From an uncultured virus (IMG/VR IMGVR_UViG_3300026257_000004) (taxonomy: Duplodnaviria; Heunggongvirae; Uroviricota; Caudoviricetes), in IMG/VR virus record IMGVR_UViG_3300026257_000004: a stretch of DNA of 22,870 nt; one strand, 5' to 3'. Position 1 is the stretch's first letter. Each line of letters starts with the position of its first letter. This document shows positions 6,967-15,715 of this stretch, piece after piece. The notes beneath the pieces are model-generated. The model searched no databases. It saw only the letters and a program-made list of their open reading frames with translations, and was not told the origin of the DNA. The position numbers were made by a program, and so were the translations under genes.

Positions 6967-7420
6967 TCTGGCAGTAGATATTGTCTGGCGCGTCAGCAAA
7001 ATAATCCAGAAGTACTGGGCATAGCCAGCAGGTAGGACCCCCTGTGAAATCTAATTCGTCTACATATTTTTCCTCTGCACCCTCAGGGTATAAGCATTCA
7101 GCTTCGTACTGATGCCCTCCATCGATCGCCTTCTCAAGGCCAAGGGCAATGATCGGGAACTTCTGCGCTCTTAGCTTGTCCAAGTGATTGAATAAAGTGA
7201 AAGCTTGTTGGGCTGACTCGAAGTCATTCGTAAAGCGAAGCTGAACCTTCTCACTAGGCGGAAAACTGGCCCAAGCCAGTGCTTTCTGTATCACCTCAGT
7301 GGTTGATTCCACGAAGGGCTCGGCGACTAATCCCAGCTCTTCATTGTCGAAGCAATAGCAATCTTTATAGGATTCGTGAGCCTTGGGGTGATTGAGGCGG
7401 GCGGTGATGGTCTGGATCAT
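6932..7420 (-). CDS. DUF6717-like protein
   Basis: FDNEELGLVAEPFV ... GG..Y ... CWLCPVLLDYF..APDNIY matches the family pattern as recalled. Confidence 0.7.
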   Translation of the reverse strand: MIQTITARLNHPKAHESYKDCYCFDNEELGLVAEPFVESTTEVIQKALAWASFPPSEKVQLRFTNDFESAQQAFTLFNHLDKLRAQKFPIIALGLEKAIDGGHQYEAECLYPEGAEEKYVDELDFTGGPTCWLCPVLLDYFADAPDNIYCQIIPVPSEPVQP

Positions 7421-7451
7421 GAGTCGAGAGTAGTTGATAGAGATAGAGAAT

Positions 7452-7486
7452 AAAAAATCCTCACTCAGCTCCTTGGCTGGCGAGGA
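7452..7486 (-). terminator. intrinsic terminator
   Basis: TCCTCGCCAGC-caagga-GCTGAGTGAGGA-TTTTTT. Confidence 0.75.
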
Positions 7487-7508
7487 ATGCGATCGTTGAG
7501 CTTAGGGT

Positions 7509-7805
7509 TCAGACTTCTATGTAGTCCTCCTGGTGGCTGGGGCTATACAGTTTCCCTGGCCTACGGAAGTAGGGACCTGGTTGTGGTAGATGAGGATGGT
7601 CGTCAGGTACGTGCATTGAGACACTGATGGTTCTGTAGCCTGAAGCACGAGTTATCCAGATGTCTGCCGCTGGATCAACTTCCATGGAACAGCCATGATT
7701 GAGTTCAACTCCTTTCAGTTCATGCTTGGCGACTTCAACGTAATGTTCGTCGGTTGGTGTGTTTAGTTCATAGTCATTGCTGTCGATAGGGATGAATGGG
7801 TTCAT
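7509..7805 (-). CDS. hypothetical protein
   Basis: 98-aa ORF in a tightly packed minus-strand run. Confidence 0.7.
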   Translation of the reverse strand: MNPFIPIDSNDYELNTPTDEHYVEVAKHELKGVELNHGCSMEVDPAADIWITRASGYRTISVSMHVPDDHPHLPQPGPYFRRPGKLYSPSHQEDYIEV

Positions 7806-7809
7806 GGGT

Positions 7810-8043
7810 TTAAGTTCGGTGATTGGATTTGTATTCAGTGGTTAGAAGTTCATGCAGTTCAAACAGCTTCTGCCTGACATCTGCGCTGAAGTTACCAATG
7901 GGTTCATTTGAAAGATCAGATCCCATGTAGTCTTTCCACATTGCGATGTTCTGCCAGGGAATGTTTGCCTGGGTGCTTTTAATCCCTGCAGCCTCTTCTA
8001 TTAGCTGATCAAGTTGCCATTTGTTTTGGGAAATCGCACTCAT
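7810..8043 (-). CDS. hypothetical protein
   Basis: 77-aa ORF, 4 nt from the next gene. Confidence 0.7.
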   Translation of the reverse strand: MSAISQNKWQLDQLIEEAAGIKSTQANIPWQNIAMWKDYMGSDLSNEPIGNFSADVRQKLFELHELLTTEYKSNHRT

Positions 8044-8100
8044 GGATTCATTGGATAGATTTGGGTACTGATTTACAGGTTAGGCAGGATTATGTTGCAG

Positions 8101-8391
8101 TTAATTAGAGGAGGAATCAGAACTCATCTCGTCAGGAGTTAGAGCTCTTATACGAGATTGAGTGATAACTATTTCCCTGTCGGAGTTATCGAACTTGACC
8201 CGGTAGGACCAGTGGGTTCGACCGTTCTTGTACTGTTTCCGAATTAGTTCCAAGACCGTACCAACACTGGTGTCATAGAGGGCACTTACACCGGTTGTCC
8301 TTCTAGTGACTCGATCGTTTTGCTTGAATCTCGCTCCAACTATTGCGCTGGTCCGAGTGGTGCTGAGTCGATTCTGTGGGAGGACTTGCAT
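8101..8391 (-). CDS. small SH3/Tudor/KOW-like beta-barrel protein
   Basis: FKQNDRV...VGTVLEL...YRVKFDN...ITQSRIRAL pattern. Confidence 0.6.
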   Translation of the reverse strand: MQVLPQNRLSTTRTSAIVGARFKQNDRVTRRTTGVSALYDTSVGTVLELIRKQYKNGRTHWSYRVKFDNSDREIVITQSRIRALTPDEMSSDSSSN

Positions 8392-8500
8392 TGGCGGAGA
8401 AGAGTTCGTCGGTTGATGGCCAGGGAGTGACGATCACTATGGCCAGGTTGAGAGCGAGTACTGAAAGACAGATCAGACGATCAGGGTTCGGATTGATCAT
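8303..8500 (-). CDS. small membrane protein
   Basis: Hydrophobic stretch LICLSVLALNLAIVIVTPW. Confidence 0.45.
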   Translation of the reverse strand: MINPNPDRLICLSVLALNLAIVIVTPWPSTDELFSANASPPTESTQHHSDQRNSWSEIQAKRSSH

Positions 8501-8687
8501 CGATGAATTCTTCCGGCGGTGGTTCGCTGTCGTAGGTAAAGAGGTTCCATTGGAGGAAGCTCATGGGCTCTGTGGTTCGCCCGCCGATCCAGCTGCGACA
8601 CTGGATGTAGGCTAAGTAGCCTTTGAATCGTTCGTCCTCGGATGGTTCTTCCGACCATTGAATTGGTTCGGTCATGATCATGGACAT
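8481..8687 (-). CDS. hypothetical protein
   Basis: 68-aa ORF overlapping the downstream ORF. Confidence 0.6.
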   Translation of the reverse strand: MSMIMTEPIQWSEEPSEDERFKGYLAYIQCRSWIGGRTTEPMSFLQWNLFTYDSEPPPEEFIDDQSEP

Positions 8688-8780
8688 AAGCGCTTAAGCG
8701 AATGAGATAGGTAGCGCCAGGACCCTATTGTGCAAGCCCTGGCATTCAAATCAAGGAATAGTTACAGACTGTTCACACAG

Positions 8781-9383
8781 TTAGGTATAGATCTCGACTG
8801 GGTCTGTCTCCCAGTTCATTGGCATGTCCTCTTCATCGGACGTGATGTTGATTGGATGGGACGCTCTGGTTCCCGGTTCTAGGGCTTTCTGGATGCGAGC
8901 AAAGGCAGCCTGGTTCTGGTGTACGTCTCGAACGCCCCAGAAATCTGGATTGGTGACTTTGATGTACCCCCCTTCGACCTCGCAGAAGAGATAGAGGTTG
9001 AGGAAATTAATCTTGTATTTATTACCAAGCTCTACCTTCATATAGCCACTGTTGTATTTCAGTGGTGTGTCTTGATTATCAATAGCCGCATCTAGCCCTG
9101 CTAGCAGAGTGTGCGGCGTCCACTGATAAAGGCCTTCGTATCCGTTGGCTTTGACCCTGAAGTCTGAGGTCAGTCGTCCCTCTTGGAAGTCGAGGCGAAG
9201 ATAGTCCCCTTGCATGCTAAGCCTGTGTAGCTCCTGAAAATGCAATTCATTGCTTTCGGTACAGACTTTTTCTGCGAATGTCCTCCCATACTTATAGAAT
9301 TTCCCGTCGCTAACTCCATAAGTTTCTGGCTCGATTGTTCGGATGATTCCCGACTCTGGTCTGGTGGCAAGTGAGGTGGTCAT
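8781..9383 (-). CDS. hypothetical protein
   Basis: ATG at 9383 (MTTSLATRPE), preceded by the conserved intergenic motif. Confidence 0.8.
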   Translation of the reverse strand: MTTSLATRPESGIIRTIEPETYGVSDGKFYKYGRTFAEKVCTESNELHFQELHRLSMQGDYLRLDFQEGRLTSDFRVKANGYEGLYQWTPHTLLAGLDAAIDNQDTPLKYNSGYMKVELGNKYKINFLNLYLFCEVEGGYIKVTNPDFWGVRDVHQNQAAFARIQKALEPGTRASHPINITSDEEDMPMNWETDPVEIYT

Positions 9384-9401
9384 AAGCGAAGCAGTGAGCG
9401 T

Positions 9402-9450
9402 ATGCACTGCTGAAATTGGGCAACAAAAAAGCCCCACTAAATAGCGGGGC
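9402..9450 (-). promoter_or_regulatory. outlying copy of the hairpin + TCAGCnGTGCAT unit
   Basis: GCCCCGCT-attt-AGTGGGGC-TTTTTTGTTGCCCAATTTCAGCAGTGCAT. Confidence 0.75.
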
Positions 9451-9466
9451 AGATCTAACTAAAGTG

Positions 9467-10009
9467 ATGGAAGGCTACTCTTTACTGATGCAACTTTCCG
9501 CGCCAATCAGAGATGATGAGCATTCAGAGAATCTGCTTGTAATCCCTCACGAGGAGCAGGTGATTCCTTGTGGTGGTCTAATCAAGAAGCTCATCACACT
9601 GGCTGCATTCCTTAAGGAGTTGGAGAATCAGTCACATCTCATCCATTTGAACTACGAAGGCTCTAACTTCTTGGAGGTTCATGCCTTCCTGAAGGATCAG
9701 TATGAGGCGCATGTAGAACAGTTTGATGTCATCGGTGAGTTCGTTCGGAGCCTAGATTTCTGGATGCCAATGTGCACCAATGGTTTACGAGAGGCGCTCC
9801 CTTGCTTTCAGCATGTTGATTCTCACGATGGTAGGAAGATGCTGACTATGTACTATCAAAACCTTGAGGACCTGTTGGTTCTTGTTGAAAACATTGAGCC
9901 CACTGCCACTGAACTCAAGGTGCTTGATGTGGCGAATTACATGGCTGAGCTCATGGCTGCAACGAACAAAGCTGCTTGGTTCATCAAGGCAACATTGAGA
10001 GGTTGCTAG
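9467..10009 (+). CDS. dps: Dps/ferritin-like protein
   Basis: HLIHLNYEGSNFLEVHAFLKDQYE..EQFD..GEFVR corresponds to the Dps HWNxxG..F..lH..y......D..AER ferroxidase signature; C-terminal KAAWFIKA. Confidence 0.85.
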   Translation: MEGYSLLMQLSAPIRDDEHSENLLVIPHEEQVIPCGGLIKKLITLAAFLKELENQSHLIHLNYEGSNFLEVHAFLKDQYEAHVEQFDVIGEFVRSLDFWMPMCTNGLREALPCFQHVDSHDGRKMLTMYYQNLEDLLVLVENIEPTATELKVLDVANYMAELMAATNKAAWFIKATLRGC

Positions 10010-10047
10010 ATGTAAATTAGAAGTGTGTTAAAAATAGCCAGGATAGA

Positions 10048-10509
10048 TTGATGCGGTTGGCATTAGATAAAGTTATTGAACTGTATAAGACGAATCCAAT
10101 ATTCCAAGATCTAATTGAAACGACGGCAGCGACAGGTGCTTTAACTGCTGGTCAAGCAGTGATGTCTGACATGACGCCAGAAGAGCTCGCCCTGGCAGCA
10201 GGTGCTACCTTCGGTGCTGGAATGATTGGGAGACCTATTGCAGGGAGAGCGGGTCAGTACTTAGGGAAATATGTAGATAAGAGATACCCAGAATTCGGAA
10301 TGCTGACCGAAGAAGTGATGAACGAATTGAAGGAAAGTGCTGGACCTCTTAGACCATTGATAGAAGCAAAGCTTGAACCATACAAGCACTTAGGAGGAGC
10401 TGCTCAGTATTTCAATTTAATGGGCAGAGGTTATGGCGATAACATCGCCCAACTTGCAGTGGCATTGGCAGCTCCTGGAGTTTTAGGCAATAAGGAGGAA
10501 GTGGGGTAA
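10048..10509 (+). CDS. Ala/Gly-rich hypothetical protein (possible virion/membrane protein)
   Basis: 153-aa ORF with glycine-zipper-like segments. Confidence 0.75.
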   Translation: MMRLALDKVIELYKTNPIFQDLIETTAATGALTAGQAVMSDMTPEELALAAGATFGAGMIGRPIAGRAGQYLGKYVDKRYPEFGMLTEEVMNELKESAGPLRPLIEAKLEPYKHLGGAAQYFNLMGRGYGDNIAQLAVALAAPGVLGNKEEVG

Positions 10510-10935
10510 TCAGGTGACAACTGATTCTGGTTCTTTTAATTGCTTCTCCGCGGCAAACCAGGTATCTGAGGATTTGGGATGAATCACAAACTCAGGGATT
10601 GGGCCAATGCCTTTCGCATAGCAATCATCTAGCTTAGCTAAGCGAGCTGGGTCGTTTTCGTAATCAGTCATATTCATAAACCACCGAAGAATGTTTGTAC
10701 AGGCGTCGTGAATTCTGTAGTAATCGGTATCATTACCGATGATTAAACTCATCTCTAGATCTGTTGGATAATGCCCGTAAACACGACAGCTTCCTCCTTC
10801 TGGATTACGTTTGATCCACAGTTTGTAGCGAGAGACACCACCATCATTGTTGGTGTACTCGCCAGGCGTGTAGAGCCAGAGCCCATCAGTGAGCTTCTCA
10901 AGCGATTTGATGAATTTGATAGGTGAATAAGTCAT
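10510..10935 (-). CDS. hypothetical protein
   Basis: 141-aa ORF whose stop abuts the stop of the convergent gene. Confidence 0.75.
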   Translation of the reverse strand: MTYSPIKFIKSLEKLTDGLWLYTPGEYTNNDGGVSRYKLWIKRNPEGGSCRVYGHYPTDLEMSLIIGNDTDYYRIHDACTNILRWFMNMTDYENDPARLAKLDDCYAKGIGPIPEFVIHPKSSDTWFAAEKQLKEPESVVT

Positions 10936-10938
10936 GGG

Positions 10939-11163
10939 TCAATCAGGTGCGTTGGTTTCGATGAACTTAATAGCGTCACTGACATCGTCGAAGATGTGAT
11001 CTTTGTCTCCGTGAGACACAGTCACTTTCAGTTCGTCATCACAGCTTGTGTAGTGGAACCTATCGTCATCGTCAGCTCTGCTTTCAAACTCATAGAGCCC
11101 TTCGAGGTCATCAATTTCGCAATAACCTTTACTGTTTTGGCGGATGTCAATTCGGATGTTCAT
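10939..11163 (-). CDS. acidic hypothetical protein
   Basis: Start at MNIRIDIRQ (11163) avoids overlap with the upstream gene. Confidence 0.7.
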   Translation of the reverse strand: MNIRIDIRQNSKGYCEIDDLEGLYEFESRADDDDRFHYTSCDDELKVTVSHGDKDHIFDDVSDAIKFIETNAPD

Positions 11164-11176
11164 GGGGCAATGGTGA

Positions 11177-11857
11177 TTAATTAGAACAGGCTTCAATTGC
11201 TTGACTCTTGCGGTTTCCATGAGCAGGGAAAGTGATGACGAATTTTCGATCAGCCCTGCTGCATAACGGATTGCCGTTGCCGCAGGTGGCGCATTGGGTG
11301 GCGCCATTGTCCACGCTGTGAGGGCATTCCACAAAGCGAACGCCGTCGTGAGTGTATGAAGTGGGGAGGTTTTCCTCTGTCACGCAGCAGACTGGCCAGC
11401 CTTCCTTGAAGAGGTTGGCAGCTTGAGTCTTGCTCTCTGTTGAGAGGTTGATCGTGAAGCCCTTGCTATTACTCCATCGAAGAAGCTTTTGGTTGTGTGG
11501 AGTTAGCAAGTGGTGGGTGTAGGTCCACTTCTTCGCGAGGTGTTTTAATGCGTGAACGAATTTCTTGAACAGGGATTCAATGATTTCCCCGTTCACATGC
11601 CATTGATCTCCGACGATGCTGCCCCTGAACCAGTGAAATGGTTCAAGCTTTGCAACGTCCTCGATAAAGGCTTCGAGTGGTTTCCCCCACTCTTCTGCTG
11701 TGACATTGTCCCAGTGGAATCTTGTGCGCCCACCATCTCCGTAACACCCTTTCTCCTTGAGAGGGCATGTTGGAGGGCACGATTCTCGAGAGGAATAGCT
11801 GACCGCAATGGGGCCGGTTTTGCTGTTGCTAGCAGTCTTGACCAGGGCAGAGTACAT
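11177..11857 (-). CDS. Cys-rich phage protein (DUF7227/Gp88-like, possible Fe-S)
   Basis: SNSKTGPI..SCPPTCP...GCYG, FR...VGD, WTYTH, FTINLS, CP......CATC....LC, FPAHG. Confidence 0.7.
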   Translation of the reverse strand: MYSALVKTASNSKTGPIAVSYSSRESCPPTCPLKEKGCYGDGGRTRFHWDNVTAEEWGKPLEAFIEDVAKLEPFHWFRGSIVGDQWHVNGEIIESLFKKFVHALKHLAKKWTYTHHLLTPHNQKLLRWSNSKGFTINLSTESKTQAANLFKEGWPVCCVTEENLPTSYTHDGVRFVECPHSVDNGATQCATCGNGNPLCSRADRKFVITFPAHGNRKSQAIEACSN

Positions 11858-11858
11858 G

Positions 11859-11914
11859 GTGCACCGCTGAAAAGGGGCACGCACGAAACCCCTCCACTGG
11901 TGAGCGAAGGGGTT
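11859..11914 (-). promoter_or_regulatory. outlying copy of the hairpin + TCAGCnGTGCA unit
   Basis: AACCCCT...AGGGGTT hairpin then GTGCCCCTTTTCAGCGGTGCAC, 1 nt before ATG 11857. Confidence 0.65.
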
Positions 11915-11920
11915 CTCTGT

Positions 11921-12118
11921 TTATTCCAGGCTGATTTTGTCGTTCAGCTCTGCGTATTTCTTGGAGTGTTCGATCCACTCCCAGTACCCAAGGCGAGTGC
12001 CTCCATTGAAGACTTGGATTTGCCAGGCTTCGACTGGATAGGAAAGGTCATTACTCCAGTGACTAATGGGTTTTGGGTCGGATCTATTCTGTTGTTTTGA
12101 AGTCGGACTCGTTCCCAT
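11921..12118 (-). CDS. small phage protein (YPVExW...TRLGYWEW)
   Basis: Motif recalled from small phage proteins; start uncertain. Confidence 0.65.
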   Translation of the reverse strand: MGTSPTSKQQNRSDPKPISHWSNDLSYPVEAWQIQVFNGGTRLGYWEWIEHSKKYAELNDKISLE

Positions 12119-12311
12119 GGAGTGTGATTCCGTCTGACCATGTGAGGTCGAGGCGTACTCCATATGGGTCGCTAATAAAGTATTCAACAGAAGGATACCT
12201 GCTTTCGGTTACATTTTGGTCTGACGGGTATCGACCAACTCGATACTCTTCTGTCATCCAGTAGACAGACTGATTGTTATCTACTGCAGTTTTGATTTCA
12301 TCAAGGGTCAT
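12084..12311 (-). CDS. small phage protein (MTLDEIKTAVD...VYW)
   Basis: N-terminal pattern recalled from small phage proteins. Confidence 0.7.
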   Translation of the reverse strand: MTLDEIKTAVDNNQSVYWMTEEYRVGRYPSDQNVTESRYPSVEYFISDPYGVRLDLTWSDGITLHGNESDFKTTE

Positions 12312-12332
12312 AGCAACTACTCCGTGCACGTA

Positions 12333-12515
12333 ATGAAACGACACCAGATCAAGTCTTCCTGGTATTACATCTTCTGGGGTATTACTGCGGTGGCCGTACT
12401 AACTGGGCAGATCTATGTCGGTGCTGGCTATAGGATTATGGCCGAGACGATTAGTGGTCTTAAGAAGTCTTGCGCGCCAACAGATATGCCCGGATGGATG
12501 ATGTATTCACGATAG
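12333..12515 (+). CDS. small membrane protein (HQIKSxWYYIFWG...GQxYVGxGY), picocyanobacterial/cyanophage type
   Basis: One TM segment; the motif is recalled from marine cyanobacterial and cyanophage small proteins. Confidence 0.7.
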   Translation: MKRHQIKSSWYYIFWGITAVAVLTGQIYVGAGYRIMAETISGLKKSCAPTDMPGWMMYSR

Positions 12516-12740
12516 GATAATCTTCTCCTTAGTCCTCCATCCTTTGCGATCTACCCAGTCATTGAACTCGGCCTTCGCCTCTGGCGTCATATAACCAAAC
12601 AATTTATTCATTGCGTGGTTCAAGGCATAGTTCTTGTCGGCAAATTTATCCAGCTCCTGACCACCATGCAGTGCACAGACAGCATCCAGTAGGTCATACA
12701 TGGGAATGTGCGCGCGGATGTTCTGCTGCTCTGAATTCAT
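12507..12740 (-). CDS. hypothetical protein
   Basis: 77-aa ORF with ATGA coupling to the upstream ORF. Confidence 0.7.
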   Translation of the reverse strand: MNSEQQNIRAHIPMYDLLDAVCALHGGQELDKFADKNYALNHAMNKLFGYMTPEAKAEFNDWVDRKGWRTKEKIILS

Positions 12741-12898
12741 GGTTGAAGTCTGGATTGAAATCGTTGTTGTATTAGCTGTTGTATTTCTCGTTCGGTATAC
12801 ATCGGGAGATCGCCTGTGTCTTGTAGCTCGGCAATGACCTCTTCTCGGATGTCGTTATATGTCGACTCGAGAAGGATCTCATTTGCAAGTGTGCTCAT
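12737..12898 (-). CDS. 53-aa acidic protein (MSTLANEILLE...)
   Basis: Manual translation MSTLANEILLESTYNDIREEVIAELQDTGDLPMYTEREIQQLIQQRFQSRLQP; fills the gap between neighbours. Confidence 0.7.
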   Translation of the reverse strand: MSTLANEILLESTYNDIREEVIAELQDTGDLPMYTEREIQQLIQQRFQSRLQP

Positions 12899-12912
12899 TA
12901 GATGAATGCAAG

Positions 12913-13200
12913 TTAGACATAACCAGCCTCTGGGTTGTACTCCGGCTGATAGGGAGTATCTGGTTCATTAGCCTCTGCCTGAACTGGCCTGACATATTTC
13001 TCGTAGAAATGATCTATCGCGTAACTCAACAGAGCTCCCGCTGCAGTGGTGGGTGCTACTTCTTGCGCTGAGACTGGAACAGATACATCGTTGCCGATGA
13101 TGATTACTGTCCCAGCCTTGGAGCATTCAGTGAGAGCAACCAGTTTCCCACTGTGTTCGGGCGAGAGTCGGACGTTGATTTGGAGTCGATCCTGTGTCAT
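12913..13200 (-). CDS. possible ribbon-helix-helix-like DNA-binding protein
   Basis: N-terminal QINVRLSPEH..KL..L pattern. Confidence 0.55.
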   Translation of the reverse strand: MTQDRLQINVRLSPEHSGKLVALTECSKAGTVIIIGNDVSVPVSAQEVAPTTAAGALLSYAIDHFYEKYVRPVQAEANEPDTPYQPEYNPEAGYV

Positions 13201-13351
13201 GACATTGAGCCTGTTCTTGCAAGGTAGCTTCCTTTGGTGAATGCATAGCCTTGTCGATGTAGCGAAGGGCGACTTTTATAGTCTCCATGCTCACGCCATC
13301 AGGATTAAGAGCCAGTTCCTTAAAAGCTTCCTCTTCAGTCACGAAAATCAT
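13127..13351 (-). CDS. hypothetical protein
   Basis: Likely start at MIFVTEEE (13351). Confidence 0.55.
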   Translation of the reverse strand: MIFVTEEEAFKELALNPDGVSMETIKVALRYIDKAMHSPKEATLQEQAQCHDTGSTPNQRPTLARTQWETGCSH

Positions 13352-13724
13352 CCTCCATAGGATCGAGTTCGGAGTCAGATTTGTAGCGCTCAGAGAGGAA
13401 GCGGGCATAGACTTCCCTGAATTGTTGCATTCCTCCTGCGTCATTTTGGATGCGCTTAACCATTCCCGAACCGCCTGGTTTGATTTTGAGGATGTCTTGC
13501 TGCGGTGGAAAATAAAAGACGTTTACCCCGTTCTTCTGTAGGAAGCCGTGGAATTCTTCAGGGGTGATGCGGTTATCCTTGCGAAGCTTTTCGATCAGTC
13601 GTTCGTAGTCTGGAATATCATCGTCAGGTGGTTGCGGGATTGAGCACTTGTTTTGCGAAGCAAGCACCATTACATCCAGAAGTTCCAGAACTATTTCGCG
13701 ATCGTCAGTGTTGAGTTGAGTCAT
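13335..13724 (-). CDS. hypothetical protein
   Basis: 129-aa ORF with ATGA coupling. Confidence 0.75.
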   Translation of the reverse strand: MTQLNTDDREIVLELLDVMVLASQNKCSIPQPPDDDIPDYERLIEKLRKDNRITPEEFHGFLQKNGVNVFYFPPQQDILKIKPGGSGMVKRIQNDAGGMQQFREVYARFLSERYKSDSELDPMEDDFRD

Positions 13725-13966
13725 TGAGTTTTGGCTTGTAGAGGTGGAGTGGTGTCGCTGATCCAGGGTTCAATGGTCATGTCCTTAATATTGAACTTCT
13801 TGTTTTGCCAGTTGACAAATACATCGTCAAAGCCCATGTCTTCCAATTCTTTGTGGAGCTGACGTTTGACGTCATCGCGACTGGTTCCAACGAAGTCCAT
13901 GATGTAAGTGCCATCACAGAAAACCCTGTAGTAATTAGGAGCCGAGTTCATTCCCTTCTCAACCAA
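13721..13966 (-). CDS. hypothetical protein
   Basis: 81-aa ORF overlapping its neighbours. Confidence 0.65.
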   Translation of the reverse strand: MVEKGMNSAPNYYRVFCDGTYIMDFVGTSRDDVKRQLHKELEDMGFDDVFVNWQNKKFNIKDMTIEPWISDTTPPLQAKTQ

Positions 13967-14304
13967 GGAGCTGGTTCGCCTTTGTCTAGTTCCTCGAGCT
14001 CCCGCCCTGCCGCCTCAAGGTCCGTCTCACAAAGTTTTACGAAGCGGGCTATTTCTTCGTTGGACTCTTTGACTAATTGCTTGGCCATTTTCTGACAATA
14101 ATCGACCATGTCGGGAGCTAAACGAGAACTAAAATGACGAGCGAATTCCAAGGCCTTGATACAGTTTTTCATGTCGCCAGCCCTGTGAAAATTTTCAGCG
14201 TCAACTAAAGTCATCATCAGGCAGCCTTCATCGGTTTCCCAGACAAGATCAGTTCCCTCTGGATAATCTTTAAATTTCGGCTCTGGGGATTGTGTGTTGG
14301 TCAT
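13948..14304 (-). CDS. hypothetical protein
   Basis: 118-aa ORF. Confidence 0.75.
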   Translation of the reverse strand: MTNTQSPEPKFKDYPEGTDLVWETDEGCLMMTLVDAENFHRAGDMKNCIKALEFARHFSSRLAPDMVDYCQKMAKQLVKESNEEIARFVKLCETDLEAAGRELEELDKGEPAPWLRRE

Positions 14305-14342
14305 GGGTTAGAAGAGGTGGATTAGTTGAGAGTCAGCAGGCG

Positions 14343-14936
14343 TTACCGTTGCTTCCTTTCAAACGCGATTTCATTGTGGATAACGACTTTTTCAATCGTG
14401 TCCTCGCTTAGCTCTGGATAGTTTTCCTTGAACCATAAGATTTGATCCAGAAGTGTAATTACCCTGGATGTTTTCTGGATTTCCAGGTTGCTCTTACTCA
14501 TTGGCGCTTCTGTAGCGTCAGGCTTGGAGAGACCTTCGTCTTCACCGAAATAAGCGCCGTATGTTTCGTTGTGCAGATCAGTGGAAGGATGGTTAATGAG
14601 CTCTTGATTCAAGATCTCATCCTGTCGCTCCTTGAGTCTCGCCACGTGAATCTTGCTTCCAGTACCTGGCTTTAGAAAAGTTGCACTTTTATTGGGATCA
14701 AAGAAATAGTCAACGCCTTCTTCTAGTACATACCCTTTCTCTTTAGCCATGCGAGCGAACGGCGCTTGCTTGTTGATGAAATTGATCACTCTCTTTTTGC
14801 CGTCGTCTTCTCTATTTGCTAATTGAACGAAGACATAGCTATAGCCTCCGAGATTTTCTTTGCCGGGTTTGCTTGTATCAGTCGGTGCAGGGTCAGAACT
14901 GACAAAAACCTTTTCGACCACTCTTTGTTTTGGCAT
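14343..14936 (-). CDS. hypothetical protein
   Basis: 197-aa ORF. Confidence 0.8.
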   Translation of the reverse strand: MPKQRVVEKVFVSSDPAPTDTSKPGKENLGGYSYVFVQLANREDDGKKRVINFINKQAPFARMAKEKGYVLEEGVDYFFDPNKSATFLKPGTGSKIHVARLKERQDEILNQELINHPSTDLHNETYGAYFGEDEGLSKPDATEAPMSKSNLEIQKTSRVITLLDQILWFKENYPELSEDTIEKVVIHNEIAFERKQR

Positions 14937-15163
14937 GGTTTGATAGAGATAGAGGGATAGTGTTGCTGGAGGTAATTAAGAAAGAAGCCACATTCTTCTG
15001 GAGAAAGAAGCAGGTAGTTACCAATGCTTCGGAAGATTGTTGGTGGATAGCAGAGATCATTGATCACCTGCCATAGCTTCTTACTTGCGGTTGCTCCAGC
15101 TGGTGTGACGCACAATCTCTTGCCGTCACTTGTTGGTGAAACGAAGAGAAGCAGTTTGTTCAT
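14819..15163 (-). CDS. hypothetical protein
   Basis: 114-aa ORF; 3' part overlaps the next gene. Confidence 0.55.
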   Translation of the reverse strand: MNKLLLFVSPTSDGKRLCVTPAGATASKKLWQVINDLCYPPTIFRSIGNYLLLSPEECGFFLNYLQQHYPSISIKPCQNKEWSKRFLSVLTLHRLIQANPAKKISEAIAMSSFN

Positions 15164-15178
15164 CTTCGCTTCGGTAGG

Positions 15179-15460
15179 TCAGGAAGTACGACCCTTCGGC
15201 TTCGTCCTCCCCCTCCCAAATTGCGAGTTGGTTCGCCCGTAATTTCTATTTGAATGACCAGCCGCGATGAATAGATCGGGTGGCTGATCGAGGGTGGTAA
15301 CTCCGTCGAGGGTTCCAAGGACTGCGTCTGTACATTCCTCCTGGGTACTAAATTCATAGACCCAGGTATGTTGCGTACTTGTGTCATGGAATTGCAGTGA
15401 CTTAGGGTTGTTTCTGTAGTTGTCGATGATGTAAGGGCCGCTGCATACGGCAGAGTCCAT
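15179..15460 (-). CDS. hypothetical protein
   Basis: Likely start at MDSAVCSG (15460). Confidence 0.55.
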   Translation of the reverse strand: MDSAVCSGPYIIDNYRNNPKSLQFHDTSTQHTWVYEFSTQEECTDAVLGTLDGVTTLDQPPDLFIAAGHSNRNYGRTNSQFGRGRTKPKGRTS

Positions 15461-15629
15461 CGTCAACGAGCCGCCTTGCTGACCGGACCACATCACATAC
15501 ATGCTGCGTTTGTTGGCATGGATGGAGTGCGGCGTCCAACTCGGCGGACCTGAGAAGGGCGTCAGTTTCAGCACGCAGTGCAGCCATGAGATCAAGACGC
15601 CGAACATGCTGAGAACGGGAATCATCCAT
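15402..15629 (-). CDS. hypothetical protein
   Basis: Likely start at MDDSRSQH. Confidence 0.5.
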   Translation of the reverse strand: MDDSRSQHVRRLDLMAALRAETDALLRSAELDAALHPCQQTQHVCDVVRSARRLVDDGLCRMQRPLHHRQLQKQP

Positions 15630-15715
15630 AGTGACTGAGATGGCATGCACATAATGGCCCAATCACGGCAGAATTGGAAGCCCTGGCTTACAAAAGTGCA
15701 AACCAGGGCACGAGA

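Noticed and set aside
6093..6999. Minus-strand ORFs 6093..6584, 6383..6769 and 6760..6999
   Set aside because: They are shadows of the 275-aa plus-strand gene.
11552..12100. 182-aa plus-strand ORF
   Set aside because: It is antisense to recognisable minus-strand genes.
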